From the NCBI GenBank assembly GCA_025062275.1, contig JANXAP010000003.1, positions 10,950 to 74,949 on the forward strand: a stretch of 64,000 bases of DNA, given 5' to 3'. The translations under genes were made by a program, and so were the position numbers. A model generated the notes under the pieces. That model ran no database searches. It saw only the letters and a program-made list of their open reading frames with translations, and was not told the origin of the DNA. Positions 8,937 through 17,079 of the stretch are shown in pieces. Each line of letters starts with the position of its first letter. Position 1 is the stretch's first letter. Source of the stretch: Dehalococcoidia bacterium (GTDB lineage Bacteria; Chloroflexota; Dehalococcoidia; SM23-28-2; HRBIN24).

Positions 8937-10227
8937 CGAGGAGGAGCAGCCCTCCTGCCCCCTGTGCGGTGGCGCCGGGCTGGTGCGCAAGGCCGTGCCC
9001 CTGGGCCACCCCGACTTCGGCAAGGCCTTCCCATGCCGTTGCACCCTGGAAGAGGACGCCGAGGCCCGCCGCCAGCGGCTGCAGCGCTTCTCCAACCTCC
9101 GCTTCTACCTGCGCCTTACCTTCGACAACCTGGACCCCCAGGGGCGGGGCCTGGAGGGCGCTGCCGCCCACCGCTATGCCCAGGCGGTGGAGGCCGCCCG
9201 GCAATATGCCGAGAACCCCCGCGGCTTCCTGGTGCTGGCCGGCCCCAGCGGCTGCGGCAAGACCCATCTGGCCGCTGCCGTGGCCAACGCCTGCATAGAG
9301 CGGGGGACCATGGCCCTGTTCATGGCCGTGCCCGACCTGTTGGACCACCTGCGCTCCGCCTACCGTCCCGAGGCCGAGACCACCTACGACGACCTGTTCG
9401 AGCAACTGCGTTCCGTCCCCCTGCTGGTGCTGGACGACCTGGGAGGCCACTCCTCCACCCCCTGGGCCGAGGAGAAGCTCTACCAGCTCATCAACTACCG
9501 CTTCGCCGGCCAGATGCCCACGGTGGTCACCCTAGCGGTGCCGCCGGAGCGGCTGGAGCCGCGGCTGCGCACCCGCCTGTGCGACCCCTCCCTTTCCCAG
9601 GTGCATCTGCTGGGCGACTGGGGGCCGGCAGGGCTGGAGCGCATCGACCACCTGGACTCGCCCCTGCTGCGCACCATGACCTTCGAGAGCTTCGACCCGG
9701 CCCGCATTGCCCGCGACCAGGAAGAGCTGCGCCTGCTGCGGGAGGCCAAGCGGGAAGCTATGCGCTTCGCCCGTCAGCCGCGAGACTGGCTGGTGCTGGC
9801 GGGGCCGCCGGGCAAGGGGAAGACGAGGCTGGCAGCGGCCATCGGCAATTACTGCCGGCAGCGGGGAAGGCCCGTCCTCTTCCTGGTGGTGCCTGACCTG
9901 CTGGACTACCTGCGCTCCACCTTCGATCCCCGCCACGGCCTGGCCTATGACGACACCTTCGAGGCAGTGCGAACGGCGCCGCTGCTGATCCTGGACGACC
10001 TGGGGTCCCACACCGCCACTCCCTGGGCCGAGGAGAAGCTCTACCAGCTCATCAACTACCGCTACAACTGCCTCCTGCCCACCGTCATCACCACCAACCT
10101 GACGGCGTCGCAGCTGGAGCCCAAAGTGAGGGCGAGGCTGACGGACCCCCAGGTGAGCACGGTGCTGCCCATGGGCCGCTTCCAGTTCTACGACGAGGGC
10201 AGAGAGACGGCCGCCCGTCGTCGCTAG
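8845..10227 (+). CDS. DnaI/DnaC-like helicase loader with N-terminal Zn-ribbon and two tandem AAA+ modules
   Basis: CPLCGG...CRC zinc motif, then two homologous modules, each with Walker A (GPSGCGKTHLAAAVA and GPPGKGKTRLAAAIG), Walker B (LLVLDDLG and LLILDDLG) and the repeated WAEEKLYQLINYR. The start overlaps the previous gene by about 90 nt, so it is uncertain. Confidence 0.8.
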   Translation: MKRLDEVLRSAGWRSATGGASGEGPTAPISDEEEQPSCPLCGGAGLVRKAVPLGHPDFGKAFPCRCTLEEDAEARRQRLQRFSNLRFYLRLTFDNLDPQGRGLEGAAAHRYAQAVEAARQYAENPRGFLVLAGPSGCGKTHLAAAVANACIERGTMALFMAVPDLLDHLRSAYRPEAETTYDDLFEQLRSVPLLVLDDLGGHSSTPWAEEKLYQLINYRFAGQMPTVVTLAVPPERLEPRLRTRLCDPSLSQVHLLGDWGPAGLERIDHLDSPLLRTMTFESFDPARIARDQEELRLLREAKREAMRFARQPRDWLVLAGPPGKGKTRLAAAIGNYCRQRGRPVLFLVVPDLLDYLRSTFDPRHGLAYDDTFEAVRTAPLLILDDLGSHTATPWAEEKLYQLINYRYNCLLPTVITTNLTASQLEPKVRARLTDPQVSTVLPMGRFQFYDEGRETAARRR

Positions 10228-10766
10228 GGGCGGACGATGGGCGAGCCCCGCTGGGCCAGATAGCTCTCCAGCGCCTGGCGCGTGGTGTCGTAGGCCAGCT
10301 CGTCCCAGGGGATGGCATCGGTGGGGACGAAGCGCGCCTCCAGCACCTCGTGGCCGGGCCTCAGCTTCCCGCCGACTATGCGCCCCCGGAAGACGATGGA
10401 GACGATGCCCGGGCCGTCAGGGGCGGGACGCGAGAATATGCCGACCAGCCCCAGCAGCTCCAGCTCTAGGCCCGTCTCTTCTCGCGACTCGCGGCGGGCG
10501 CACTCCTCCACCGACTCGTCGATCTCCATGTAGCCGCCGGGGAAGGTCCAGTAGCCGCGGCGAGGCTCGATGGCCCGTCGCAGCAGCAACACCTTCCCCT
10601 CCTCCTCGACGATGACGCTGACGATGACCTTGGGGTTGAGGTAGGAGATGTGGCCCTGGGGGCAGACCAGCCGCTGGCGTCCCTCCGCCTCCACCCAGCG
10701 CTCGGTCAGGGGGCCGCCGCAGTAGCCACAGTAGCTGGGAGGCGGAGGGGGATGGTGGTAGCTCAC
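10224..10766 (-). CDS. NUDIX hydrolase with N-terminal zinc ribbon (NudC-like)
   Basis: CGYCGG...CPQGH zinc ribbon followed by Nudix box GGYMEIDESVEECARRESREETG. Confidence 0.8.
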   Translation of the reverse strand: MSYHHPPPPPSYCGYCGGPLTERWVEAEGRQRLVCPQGHISYLNPKVIVSVIVEEEGKVLLLRRAIEPRRGYWTFPGGYMEIDESVEECARRESREETGLELELLGLVGIFSRPAPDGPGIVSIVFRGRIVGGKLRPGHEVLEARFVPTDAIPWDELAYDTTRQALESYLAQRGSPIVRP

Positions 10767-10770
10767 GGCC

Positions 10771-11196
10771 TCACCTGGGCAGGGGCAGCGCCCCCTCGAT
10801 CCACTCCTCCCCTCCCTCGAAGACCTCCTTCTTCCAGATGGGTGCCCTCTCCTTGAGTCGGTCCACCAGCCAGTGGGCTGCTTGGAAGGCCTCCGCCCGG
10901 TGGGCCGACGAGACGGCCACCACTAGGGACGTCTCTCCCACCTCCAGGCGGCCCGTGCGATGGAACACGGCCACCTCGGCGATGGGCCAGCGGGACTTGG
11001 CCTCCTGGGCCAGCTCCTGCATCACCTGTTGGGCCATCTCCGGGTAGGCGTCGTATTCCAGGTAGAGGACCCGGCGCCCCTGGTTGTGGTTCCGCACCAC
11101 CCCCAGGAAGACCACCACCGCGCCGGCCTCGTCACGACGCACCAGCTCGGCAGCCCTCTGAGGGTCCAGAGGCTCGGAAGTTAGCTGGAAGAGCAC
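10771..11196 (-). CDS. moaE: Molybdopterin synthase catalytic subunit MoaE
   Basis: 141 aa MoaE-like protein (VVFLGVVRNHNQGRRVLYLEYDAYPEMA ... WKKE). Confidence 0.8.
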   Translation of the reverse strand: MLFQLTSEPLDPQRAAELVRRDEAGAVVVFLGVVRNHNQGRRVLYLEYDAYPEMAQQVMQELAQEAKSRWPIAEVAVFHRTGRLEVGETSLVVAVSSAHRAEAFQAAHWLVDRLKERAPIWKKEVFEGGEEWIEGALPLPR

Positions 11197-11200
11197 GTCC

Positions 11201-11446
11201 TTACCCTCCCGAGACGGGCGGGATGAGGGCCACCTCGTCGCCCTCTCTCACCGGGTGCTCCGGCGGCACGTAGCGGGCGTTGACGGCGTAGGCCAGGGGG
11301 GCATCGTAACGCTGCAGCCCCGGATACAGCCGCTGCAACAGCGCGAAGACGTCGGCGGCGCTGAGGCCCTCGCCGATCTCCACCTCGGCCTCGCTCACGC
11401 CGGCCAGTTCCCTCAGGCGGGCGAAGAGGCGCACCCTGGCCTTCAT
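11201..11446 (-). CDS. moaD: Molybdopterin synthase sulfur-carrier subunit MoaD (ubiquitin-like, C-terminal GG)
   Basis: 81 aa, MKARVRLFARLREL ... EVALIPPVSGG ends in Gly-Gly, immediately upstream of moaE. The longer 147-aa track ORF is an N-terminal over-extension. Confidence 0.8.
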   Translation of the reverse strand: MKARVRLFARLRELAGVSEAEVEIGEGLSAADVFALLQRLYPGLQRYDAPLAYAVNARYVPPEHPVREGDEVALIPPVSGG

Positions 11447-11526
11447 GCGCCTCCAGTGTATGCCGAGGCCGCGGCCCCAGCAAGGCAGCCTTGTGGCGCC
11501 CGTCCGCCTGCGGCTAGCATGGGAGC

Positions 11527-12216
11527 ATGGCGCTGCTGCGGGGCCTGGCCCGCCTGGCCCTGGATGCCCTCTTTCCCGTGAGCTGCCTAGGCTGCGGGTG
11601 CGAGGGGGAGCTGCTCTGCCCCTCCTGCCTGCAGGCAGCTCCACGGGCGGCCCCGCCCCGATGCCCTGTGTGCTGGCAGCGCTGGACAGGCGACGGCTCC
11701 TGCCGCCAGTGCGTCCGCCAGCGGCCGTCCTATGAGGCGGTCCGCAGCGCCTTCGCCTATCAGGGGGCGGTGCGGGAAGCCGTGCACGCCCTCAAGTTCC
11801 GGGGCATCAGCGCTCTGGCCCCGATTCTCGCGGCACCCATGGCCCGACTGCTGGCCGCCTGGGCGCCTCCCGTGGAGGCGCTGGTTCCCGTCCCCCTCCC
11901 CTGGCTGCGAGAGCGCTATCGCGGCTACGACCAGGCCCTCCTCCTGGCCCGGGAGGTGGGACATTCCCTGGGCCTGCCGGTGCTGACGGACGCGGTCAGA
12001 AGGACCTGGACGCGGCCCCAGGCATCCCTGGCGGGCGATGCGCGGCGGCAGAACGTGGGCAGTGCCTTCCGCCCCCGTCGTCGCCTCGACGGCCTGCGCC
12101 TGGCCCTGGTGGACGATGTGGCCACCACGGGCGCCACCCTGGACGCCTGCGCCCGTGCGCTGCGCCAGGCCGGAGCGGCTGGGGTCTGGGCCATCACTCT
12201 CGCCCGAGAGGGGTGA
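11527..12216 (+). CDS. ComF-family phosphoribosyltransferase-domain protein
   Basis: N-terminal Cys4 zinc finger (CLGCGCEGELLCPSC...CPVC) plus C-terminal PRTase motif LALVDDVATTGATL. Confidence 0.75.
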   Translation: MALLRGLARLALDALFPVSCLGCGCEGELLCPSCLQAAPRAAPPRCPVCWQRWTGDGSCRQCVRQRPSYEAVRSAFAYQGAVREAVHALKFRGISALAPILAAPMARLLAAWAPPVEALVPVPLPWLRERYRGYDQALLLAREVGHSLGLPVLTDAVRRTWTRPQASLAGDARRQNVGSAFRPRRRLDGLRLALVDDVATTGATLDACARALRQAGAAGVWAITLAREG

Positions 12217-12257
12217 ACTGTCCACCCCCGCAGGGTGCGTGCTAGTCTGGGGTCAGC

Positions 12258-13379
12258 ATGGAGCGTCCCCTCCTCGTCCTTTTCCTGGCCGGTCGGGGCG
12301 AAAGCGACGTCGAGGAGCTGGTGGAGGGCGCCCGCCGGGCGGCGGCCCTGGACTGCCTGGAAGCGGCCCTGGGCACCGGCGCCTTCGCTGGCGCCGTCGT
12401 GGCCGCCGCCGACCCCGACCTGCTGGGCACCCTCCCGCCAGGTGTGGAGGTGGACGCCGATGTGGGCAGCTACCACTTCGGTCGCCGGCTGCAGCAACTG
12501 GTGGCTGCCCGGCGTCCCCGGGCGCTGGTCTACGCAGGGGGCGGCGGCCTTCCCCTGCTGACGGCCGACGAGTGGGCCTCCCTGGCCCTGGCCCTGGAGC
12601 GGGGAGATGGGGCCATCGCCAACAACGTCCACTCCTCGGACCTGGTGGCGGTGCGTCCGGCCGAGGCGTTGCTCGCCATTGCGCCGCCGGAGCGGGACAA
12701 CGCCCTGGCCCGCGCCCTCTCCCAGCAGGCAGGACTGCCCCTGTACGAGCTGCCCCGCACCCTCTCCTCCCTCTTCGACATCGACTCCCCCACCGACGTC
12801 GCGATCCTGAAGCTGACGCGACTGGCCCCCGGCCGTCACCTGAACGCCTACCTGGAGGGGGCATCGGTGGACGTGTCCCGCTACCGCGCCCTGCTGCCGG
12901 TGCTGACAGACCCGGAGAGGCAGCTCTTCGTGGCCGGCAGGGTGGGAAGCCACCTCTGGCGCTTTCTGGAGACGGAAACGGCCTGCCGCGTGCGGCTGCT
13001 GGCCGAGGAGCGGGGGCTGGAGGCCCTGGGGCTTCCCGCCCGGTCCCTGCTGGGCCTCTATCTGGAGGCAGTGGGGGCGGAGGGGGTGGCAGCGGCGCTG
13101 CCCGCCCTGGGCGATGCCGCCGTCATCGACACGCGGGTGCTGCTGGCCCACCTGGGCCTGAGGGCCACGCGCCGCGACCGCTTCCTGTCGGACCTGGGCT
13201 GTTGGCAACGGGTGGACGAGCCGGTGCTGCGGGAGCTGACCAGGGCACTGGTGGAGGCGCCCCTGCCCGTGCTGCTGGGGGGGCACTCGCTGGTCACAGG
13301 GGGCCTCATGGCCCTCGTCCGCTTCGCCTGGGAGGAGCGGGACAGGGCCCGCGTTGACCCCCATCCAGGGTCTACCTAA
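12258..13379 (+). CDS. Hypothetical protein (uncharacterised, possibly nucleotidyltransferase-like N-terminus)
   Basis: 373-aa ORF with coding-like composition and no motif I can name confidently. Confidence 0.45.
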   Translation: MERPLLVLFLAGRGESDVEELVEGARRAAALDCLEAALGTGAFAGAVVAAADPDLLGTLPPGVEVDADVGSYHFGRRLQQLVAARRPRALVYAGGGGLPLLTADEWASLALALERGDGAIANNVHSSDLVAVRPAEALLAIAPPERDNALARALSQQAGLPLYELPRTLSSLFDIDSPTDVAILKLTRLAPGRHLNAYLEGASVDVSRYRALLPVLTDPERQLFVAGRVGSHLWRFLETETACRVRLLAEERGLEALGLPARSLLGLYLEAVGAEGVAAALPALGDAAVIDTRVLLAHLGLRATRRDRFLSDLGCWQRVDEPVLRELTRALVEAPLPVLLGGHSLVTGGLMALVRFAWEERDRARVDPHPGST

Positions 13380-13499
13380 ACTGGGGCTGGACGGCCCTTG
13401 TACGAAGGCGGCAAGAGAGGTCGACAATCGGGCGAGGGGCAGCAGTCGGCCTGCAGCGGCCCGCTGCCCCGTCAGTCGTCATAAGAGGGGGCTGAAGCG

Positions 13500-14753
13500 A
13501 TGGGCGTGCTGGAGCGTGCCGACCCCGAGGTGGCAGCCATCATCCGCCGCGAAGAGGAGCGCCAGACCTACGGCCTGGAAATGATGGCCTCCGAGAACTA
13601 CGTCTCGGCGGCGGTGCTGGAGGCCATGGGGTCTGTCCTGACCAACAAGTACGCCGAGGGCTACCCCGGCAAGCGCTACTACGGCGGCTGCCAGTACATG
13701 GACGAGATCGAGTCCCTGGCCATCCGCCGGGCCAAGGAGCTGTTCGGGGCCGAGCACGTCAACGTCCAGCCCCACTCGGGGGCCGATGCCAACCTGGCCG
13801 CCTATCTGGCCATGATGGAGCTGGGCGATACCGCCCTGGCCATGCGCCTGGACCAGGGAGGCCACCTCACCCACGGCCACAGCGTCAGCGCCACCTCCCG
13901 ACTTTTCCGTTTCGTCCACTACGGGGTGGACCGGGAGACGGAGCTGCTGGACTATGACCAGATGCTGGCCCTGGCCCGAGAGCACCGTCCCAAGGTCATC
14001 GTGGTGGGGGCCACCGCCTACCCGCGCATCATCGACTTCGCGCGGGCGCGAGAGATAGCCGACGAGGTGGGGGCATATCTGATGGCCGACATCGCCCACA
14101 TCGCCGGCCTGGTGGCGGCCGGCGTCCACCCCTCGCCGGTGCCCTACGCCCACGTGGTCACCACCACCACCCACAAGACGCTGCGCGGCCCCCGTTCGGC
14201 CATGGTCATGTGCAAGGGGGAGCTGGCCGAGAAGATAGACCGCGCCGTTTTCCCCGGGCTGCAGGGGGGGCCTCACATGCACATCATCGCCGCCAAGGCC
14301 GTCTGCTTCGCCGAGGCCCAGCGCCCCGAGTTCGTCCATTATCAGCGGCGGACGGTGGAGAATGCCCGCGCCCTGGCCGAAGAGCTGATGTCCCTGGGCT
14401 GGCGCATCGTGTCCGGCGGCACCGATAACCACCTGGTGCTGGTGGACGTGGGCCAGCGGGGCATCAGCGGCAAGAAGGCGGAGCAGGTCCTGGACGCCGT
14501 GGGCATCTACTGCAACAAGAACACCATCCCCTACGACCCGCGGCCGCCGGCTGTCGGCTCGGGCATCCGCCTGGGCACCCCGGGGCTGACCAGCCGCGGC
14601 ATGGGCACCGACGAGATGCGACGCATCGCCCGCCTCATCGACGCCGCCCTGCAGGCTCGGGACGACGGTGCGGCCCTGGAGCGGGTGCGGGCCCAGGTGC
14701 GGGAGCTGGCGGCGGCCTTCCCCGTCCCCGGCATCAGCGACAGGGCACCTTGA
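13500..14753 (+). CDS. glyA: Serine hydroxymethyltransferase
   Basis: SHMT signature [12 protein letters not shown] (PLP-lysine) and overall conservation. Confidence 0.95.
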   Translation: MGVLERADPEVAAIIRREEERQTYGLEMMASENYVSAAVLEAMGSVLTNKYAEGYPGKRYYGGCQYMDEIESLAIRRAKELFGAEHVNVQPHSGADANLAAYLAMMELGDTALAMRLDQGGHLTHGHSVSATSRLFRFVHYGVDRETELLDYDQMLALAREHRPKVIVVGATAYPRIIDFARAREIADEVGAYLMADIAHIAGLVAAGVHPSPVPYAHVVTTTTHKTLRGPRSAMVMCKGELAEKIDRAVFPGLQGGPHMHIIAAKAVCFAEAQRPEFVHYQRRTVENARALAEELMSLGWRIVSGGTDNHLVLVDVGQRGISGKKAEQVLDAVGIYCNKNTIPYDPRPPAVGSGIRLGTPGLTSRGMGTDEMRRIARLIDAALQARDDGAALERVRAQVRELAAAFPVPGISDRAP

Positions 14754-14796
14754 CTGGCTATGGCCCTGGGCTAAAATGAGTGATGGCTGACGGGGT

Positions 14797-14871
14797 GGGC
14801 GGTTAGCTCAGTGGGAGAGCGCTTGCTTCACACGCAAGAGGTCGCAGGTTCGAGTCCTGCACCGCCCACCA
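14797..14871 (+). tRNA. tRNA-Val (anticodon CAC)
   Basis: Cloverleaf GGGCGGT/ACCGCCC acceptor, anticodon loop UUCACAC, T-loop GGTTCGAGTCC, 3' CCA encoded. Confidence 0.8.
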
Positions 14872-14890
14872 CTGCCAGGCCAGAAGCGGT

Positions 14891-14978
14891 GCCCAGGTGG
14901 CGGAACTGGCAGACGCGCTGCGTTCAGGGCGCAGTGCCCCGCGCGGGCGTGCGGGTTCGAATCCCGCCCTGGGCACCA
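14891..14978 (+). tRNA. tRNA-Leu (anticodon CAG), class II with long variable arm
   Basis: Acceptor GCCCAGG/CCTGGGC, anticodon loop UUCAGGG, 15-nt variable arm, T-loop GGTTCGAATCC, CCA encoded. Confidence 0.8.
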
Positions 14979-15027
14979 ACGACCCGGGAAAGCTGACAGC
15001 TGCCGGCCTGGCGGCCCATACGGTAGC

Positions 15028-15105
15028 GCGCTCGTAGCTCAGCCCGGACAGAGCGCAGCCCTGCGGAGGCTGAGGTCGTGGGTTCGAATCCCACCGAGCG
15101 CGCCA
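15028..15105 (+). tRNA. tRNA-Arg (anticodon reads GCG)
   Basis: Acceptor GCGCTCG/CGAGCGC, anticodon stem CAGCC/GGCTG with loop CUGCGGA (G37), T-loop GGTTCGAATCC, CCA encoded. Confidence 0.65.
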
Positions 15106-15170
15106 TCTGTTCCCCCGGCCCCTTGCCCTCAGTGCCTTCGTCATGACATCATCGGCCCCGGAGGTGCCCC

Positions 15171-15533
15171 ATGGAGGCCATAGTCTATGAAATGCGGGGC
15201 TGAAGCACCTGCCAGCGAGCGAGAGAGTTCCTCTCGCAGAGAGGCGTGCAGGTGAAGGCCAGGGACTTCTTTCGAGAGCGGCTCACGGCCGAGGAGCTGC
15301 GGGAACTGCTGGGCGACCCCCCGCAGGCCGAGAAGGCCATCGCCTGGCGCAGTCCCAGGGCCAAGGCCCTCGGGCTGGACCCCGCCAATCCGCCGCCGCC
15401 CCAGGAGCTGCTGCGTCTCATCCTGGAAGTGCCCCACCTCTTGCGGCGTCCCGTCATACGCCTGGGGGAGCGGACCATATTCGGCTTCGACCGTCGAGCG
15501 CTGGAGGAGGCCCTGGCACAGGCTGGGAGATGA
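15171..15533 (+). CDS. ArsC/Spx-family thioredoxin-fold protein, selenoprotein with in-frame TGA (Sec) at 15201-15203 (UxxC redox motif)
   Basis: Not in the ORF track, which only has a GTG-start fragment 15246..15533. From ATG 15171 (Shine-Dalgarno GGAGGTG at 15160-15166) the frame reads MEAIVYEMRG-U-STCQRAREFLSQRGVQVKARDFF... This matches the ArsC/Spx/YffB N-terminal consensus I-x-I/V-Y-x(4)-C-S-T-C-R-K-A-x(3)-L-x(3)-G-I/V, with Sec in place of the first Cys. Without the N-terminus the fold would be incomplete. Confidence 0.75.
15205..15254 (+). promoter_or_regulatory. Candidate SECIS for the ArsC-like selenoprotein: inner hairpin GCGAGAG-AGUUC-CUCUCGC (15219-15237) nested in outer stem CACCUGC/GCAGGUG
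   Basis: Seen directly. The apical loop GU sits at +27/+28 from the UGA, close to the E. coli G23/U24 spacing. Confidence 0.45.
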
Positions 15534-15898
15534 GCCAGCAGGCGACGAGAGAGGACTCCCAGGAGGGCCGAGGCCCCCATCTCGAGATGGAGGTGGAGGA
15601 GCGCCTCTGCTACTCCCTGTCCTTCTACCACCAGGGACAGGTGGTGGGCCGCGCCCAGTTGCACCGCCACGACGCAGATGCCATGGACATCGTGGACCTC
15701 TACGTGCTGCCGGAGCACCGCGGCCGCGGCCTGGGAAGGGCCATAGTGGGCGAATGCCTGCGGCTGGCCGAGAGGCTGGGCGCACGAGTGGTGACGGCCC
15801 ACACCTCGCCCGCCAACGGCCCCGCCTATCGTCTCTTCCTGTCGCTGGGCTTCCGCCCCTGCCAGGAGGAGCACCACCTGGAGCACCAGCTGGCCTAG
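15530..15898 (+). CDS. GNAT family N-acetyltransferase
   Basis: Acetyl-CoA-binding motif LYVLPEHRGRGLGRAIV. ATG overlaps the stop of the upstream selenoprotein gene (ATGA). Confidence 0.75.
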   Translation: MSQQATREDSQEGRGPHLEMEVEERLCYSLSFYHQGQVVGRAQLHRHDADAMDIVDLYVLPEHRGRGLGRAIVGECLRLAERLGARVVTAHTSPANGPAYRLFLSLGFRPCQEEHHLEHQLA

Positions 15899-16040
15899 GA
15901 GAGGCCAGGCCACCTGGCGCCTCCCCGCCGGGCATCCCCTGGGCCTTGCCGGGTGGAGGGACGACCACGGGGGCGGGCGCGCCCGCTGCCCCCGTCGGGC
16001 CGTCGGAAATGGGGGACCTTCGCAGAGGGGCCGGGGGGAT

Positions 16041-16069
16041 TTGACAGAGGATTGGGGCGGGGCTAGACT
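16041..16069 (+). promoter_or_regulatory. Sigma-70-like promoter candidate TTGACA-N17-TAGACT upstream of the str operon
   Basis: Perfect -35 consensus at 16041-16046, 17-nt spacer, -10 TAGACT at 16064-16069, about 90 nt upstream of rpsL. Confidence 0.5.
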
Positions 16070-16158
16070 TATCATTTGGCGTTCCCAGAAAGACGGCGGG
16101 CGCCGAGGCCCTGCCCGAAGGCCGCTCGGCGCCTTCCTGTTGGTGAGGGGATTGAGCG

Positions 16159-16575
16159 ATGCCGACCATCAACCAGTTGGTGCGCAAGGGGCGTGAGCCG
16201 CTCAAGCGCAAGGCCAAGGCCCCGGCCCTGCGCTACTTCTACAACGCCCTCAAGAACCAGATGAAGGTGGTGCCCTCCCCCCAGAAGCGGGGGGTGTGCA
16301 CCGCTGTGCGCACCATGACGCCCAAGAAGCCCAACTCGGCCCTGCGCAAGATCGCCCGAGTCCGCCTCACCAACGGCATCGAGGTCACCGCCTACATACC
16401 CGGCGAAGGGCACAACCTGCAGGAGCACTCCATCGTGCTGGTGCGGGGCGGCCGCGTCAAGGACCTGCCGGGCGTGCGTTACCACATAGTGCGCGGCGCC
16501 CTCGACTGCGCCGGCGTGGCGGGCCGCAAGCAGCAGCGCAGCAAGTACGGCAGCCGCCGCGAGGGAGGGCGCTAG
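16159..16575 (+). CDS. rpsL: 30S ribosomal protein S12
   Basis: [12 protein letters not shown]...[10 protein letters not shown] matches S12. Confidence 0.97.
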   Translation: MPTINQLVRKGREPLKRKAKAPALRYFYNALKNQMKVVPSPQKRGVCTAVRTMTPKKPNSALRKIARVRLTNGIEVTAYIPGEGHNLQEHSIVLVRGGRVKDLPGVRYHIVRGALDCAGVAGRKQQRSKYGSRREGGR

Positions 16576-16579
16576 GGCC

Positions 16580-17053
16580 ATGCCCCGCCGCAAGGGCCGC
16601 GTAGTCAGGCGCCAGATCCCGCCTGACGTCAAGTACGGAAGCGTCTGGGTGCAGAAGCTCATCAACCACATCATGTGGAACGGCAAGAAGGCTACGGCCG
16701 AGAAGATCGTCTACCGGGCCTTCGACCTGGTGCAGCAGCGCACAGGCGAAGACCCGCTGAAGGTGTTCGAGCAGGCGGTGCGAAACTGCATGCCGGTGCT
16801 GGAGGTGCGCCCTCGACGGGTGGGGGGCGCCACCTACCAGATCCCGGTAGAGGTGCGGCCGGAGCGACAGCTCTCCCTGGCCCTGCGCTGGCTGCGAGAT
16901 GCCGCCCGCTCCCGCCGCGGCCGGCCCATGCACGAGCGGCTGGCCGCTGAGATCATGGACGCCTACCGCGGCACCGGCGTCGCCGTCAAGCGGCGGGACG
17001 ACACCCACCGCATGGCCGAGGCCAACCGCGCCTTCGTCCACTACCGCTGGTAG
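16580..17053 (+). CDS. rpsG: 30S ribosomal protein S7
   Basis: S7 family similarity throughout, position after rpsL. Confidence 0.95.
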   Translation: MPRRKGRVVRRQIPPDVKYGSVWVQKLINHIMWNGKKATAEKIVYRAFDLVQQRTGEDPLKVFEQAVRNCMPVLEVRPRRVGGATYQIPVEVRPERQLSLALRWLRDAARSRRGRPMHERLAAEIMDAYRGTGVAVKRRDDTHRMAEANRAFVHYRW

Positions 17054-17079
17054 GCCGCGACCGAGAGAGTGATGGGGTC

